DNA of 64,000 nt from Scyliorhinus canicula (taxonomy: Eukaryota). The notes below the pieces were generated by a model. That model worked only from the letters and a program-made list of their open reading frames with translations. It was not told the DNA's origin and ran no database searches. Made by a program: the position numbers and the translations under genes. Positions 61,237-64,000 of this stretch are shown here, piece by piece; the stretch's first letter is position 1, and each line of letters opens with the position of its first letter. Location: positions 11,866,000-11,929,999 of the forward strand of contig NC_052150.1 in assembly GCF_902713615.1 (NCBI RefSeq). Direction: 5' to 3'.

Positions 61237-63534
61237 ACCACACTCCGCAGTGTTTGAATCTGTGTGTGATTGTTATTCAAACAAAGTGTAGCTGCAGTAT
61301 CTAGGCCAACGGCATATTGTTTTTGGAAGTCTGAATATAGGATACTGACAATGTGACATTTAGCTGTTCTATCCATTTTTTAACAAAGGTCACTGCATTC
61401 AGAGCAAGCAGGCAGTATGTCCTACATTTGCTTAAAACCAGATAAGGTACAAGGAAGCAATTATTTTCAAAATTGTTTTGAGCAAAAAATGAAACCTCTG
61501 CTAGTTTATTTAACTTGTCTGTGTGTTTGGCCCAATAAAAACGACATAACACCTTTTCAAATCCCCTTTTAATGCCAGACCGCAATCCCCTCAAACAGTT
61601 TTAAGACAGTTTAATTTTTTGCAAGCAATGTCTGACCTTTTCCTCCTACCCCCACCCTCTCCACTTTCTGCTCTGCCACTAATTTTCCTTTCTTCTGAAC
61701 AATGTTTTATGCAGGAATACATCCTCAGTGGTTAGCAGCTGTCAAGGTGACCATTCTTCACCTTATCCTTTGAGCTATACAGTCAGTAAGTAATACCGTG
61801 CGGCCGAACCTAATCCTCTTGTCACCTTGTGCCCACATGTGCTTCCCAATATGCATTATTGAACAGCAATTAGGTTGTCAACTTAACACCAGACCAGGAA
61901 TTGTACCTGAGACCTTCTTGAATTTTTTATTTGTTGCTCATGAGATGTGACAAGGCCAGCTGTTACTGCCCATCCCAAATTGCCCCTGAGAAGGTGGAGG
62001 TGAGCCACTTGAACTACTATAGTCCATATGATGGAGGAACATCCACAGTGCTGTTAGGGAGGGAGTTCCAGGATTTTACCCCACTGAGTGTGAAAGAACG
62101 GTGATTTATTTCCAAATCAGGGTGGTGTGCAATTTGGAAGGAAACTTCCAGGTAGTGACTGTTCACCAAATTGTTTGTGTCAGAAGTAGCCATCAGGAAT
62201 TCCAAAAGAGGAATTCACTTAGTGCCATTCTCCCACCTTCTCTCTGGGGGACTAACCACTCGCTACAAAAAAGTTTTTTTCCATATAATCTTTGCTTCTT
62301 TTGCCAATCATTTGCTCAATGTGCTAGTTCCATGTGACTGCTGCTCTTCCCACTTAGGCAATAGATGTTATGGTTGGGAGGTGCTGTCACAGCTTTTGGG
62401 GAGTTGCTGCAGTGCATGTTGCAGATGGCACAAATTGCAGCCATAGTTATACTGTGGAGCGAATGAATGTTTAAAGTGATGGATGCAGTGCCAATTAAAT
62501 GGGCTCTTTTGTTCTGGATGGTGTTATGTTTCTTGAGTATTGTTGTAACTGCATTCATCCAAGCTAAGTGGAGAGTATTCTATCACATTCTTCACTTGAG
62601 CCTTAAAGATGGTTTGAAAAGCTTTGGGGATTGAAGAATGATCTTGTCTCCTGACAGTATTTCTGTGGCTGATCCAGCTTCTGGTTAATTGTGGCCTTTA
62701 GGATATTGATGGTGGGCATTGAGGGATGGTATTACCATTGACACAGAGAGGTGCAGAAACTGGTGTTGTAGATGGATGGTGCCCAGTATTTGTGTGGCAT
62801 AAATGTTACTTGCCGTTTATCAGCAAAGGTTGGAATCTTGCCCAGGTCTTGATGCATGTAGACTCCTTCATCATTGTAGAATTCAGTACTACTGGGTGTG
62901 GTACATTTTCATTGACTGCTAGGTGGGGCCCTTAATGCACTACATCATTGACTTAGGTGAGGGAATGAAGAGTTAAAAATCCAGTCTTGTAAACGGCACT
63001 CCGTTAGGAAGGGTGGTCCATCAAGTGATGGGACAGCAAGTTACATGGACCAATTGAGTGCACAGACAAAACTACAGCCAGTGGAGTTTAATGTTAGGAA
63101 GTGTGAGGTTGTCCACTTCAAATCTGAGGAAAGTAAATTGGAATGTTTCTCCTTGTCCTGTCTTTTCATTCTGCATTCAAAGGATCAGCCTCAACTGTGG
63201 CTTCTACATCATAGGCCATGTGGAATTTGAAAAGTAATACAATTTTATGGAAACGACATGCTACTCTTTTAAAAATTAATCTTTCAGTTGAGGGAAATGA
63301 CGTCCTTGATTTGCTTTTACATGCACTGAAGTCTTGATGTCTGCTCATTTTGTAAGTGACTTTAATCTGATTTCAGCCAGCAGCGTTTTCACTCACTGGA
63401 TTTTCTTTATGGTGTGTAGCACTTGCAGTGTTACATTACTGTATGGAGAATAACTAACATTCAGAGCTGAAATACGGCAAGTTACATGTTTGCTTGTGCT
63501 AACCTGCTACGGTTTTACATTCACTATTTGGCAG

Positions 63535-63659
63535 GGTGCCGTACCAAAAGGGAATGCCACTAAAGAGTTCATTGAAAGTTTACAGTTGAAGCCGGGCCAA
63601 GTGGTGTATAAATGTCCCAAGTGCTGCAGCATCAAGCCAGAGAGAGCACATCATTGCAG
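63535..63659 (+). CDS. ZDHHC3: ZDHHC3 second coding exon (start of the DHHC cysteine-rich domain)
   Basis: [41 protein letters not shown](S); EFIE/GQVV/CCSI residues fit ZDHHC3 rather than ZDHHC7; 125 nt; GCAG| and |GTAAC. Confidence 0.96.
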
Positions 63660-63917
63660 GTAACGACCCCAGAAACAGTATGAAACTGAATCTTCTCTTA
63701 AATCCCCTTACATTTGTTGTATTTGTTACCGTTTGCTGTCTGTGGGTGGGGTGTAAATTTTGAAGGAAAATGTGAAAATGGAGAATAAAAACATTTATCA
63801 AAAAAATAAAATTCCCTTACATTTGTATTTGCAAACTTCGCAGTTACAAAAGTAAAACCTCCTGAGCAGAAATCCCTGGTTAAAATTACCAATTTTAGCA
63901 GCATAGTCTCTCTAGAT

Positions 63918-64000
63918 CAGGAGTTCTCAACCTTTTTTAACCCATGGACTCCTTTTCCTCTTAATTTTTTTTTGTGGACCCCCATAGCCATTCCACAAAA
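63918..64000 (+). mobile_element. Start of a hAT/Charlie-like DNA transposon (runs off the window)
   Basis: CAGGAGTTCTCAACC terminus preceded by CTCTAGAT, matching the NTCTAGAN target preference of Charlie-type hATs. Confidence 0.55.

Overview
Vertebrate genomic DNA, most likely a shark such as a catshark (inferred from dense tRNA-derived V-SINE, CR1, L1 and Penelope-type repeats). Two host genes lie head-to-head on a CpG-rich bidirectional promoter at about 47.2-48.0 kb. EXOSC7 is on the minus strand (coding exons 1-6 resolved, all GT-AG; the rest lies left of the window). ZDHHC3 is on the plus strand (first two coding exons resolved). EXOSC7 intron 4 (about 21.9 kb) holds an 11-kb 29-bp minisatellite and a 7.65-kb class I endogenous retrovirus in antisense orientation. 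The provirus is the most unusual object. It looks young (563-bp LTRs with about 8 substitutions, GTTA target-site duplication (TSD), tRNA-Leu primer-binding site (PBS), polypurine tract (PPT)) and keeps an open integrase ORF and an intact 549-aa env with two furin sites. Yet gag, protease and RT are decayed almost beyond recognition, which suggests a helper-dependent IN+Env element or a recent recombinant. Its leader carries tandem pseudoknot-like repeats with a compensatory base change. Other leads: hundreds of GTGAGT donor motifs in the minisatellite on the EXOSC7 sense strand, an overlapping uORF and a candidate in-frame cassette exon in ZDHHC3, and tail swapping among V-SINEs. The long His/Thr/Pro-rich ORFs at 6.6-17.9 kb are repeat artefacts. 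All calls come from reading the sequence by eye; repeat boundaries are approximate unless a TSD is given.
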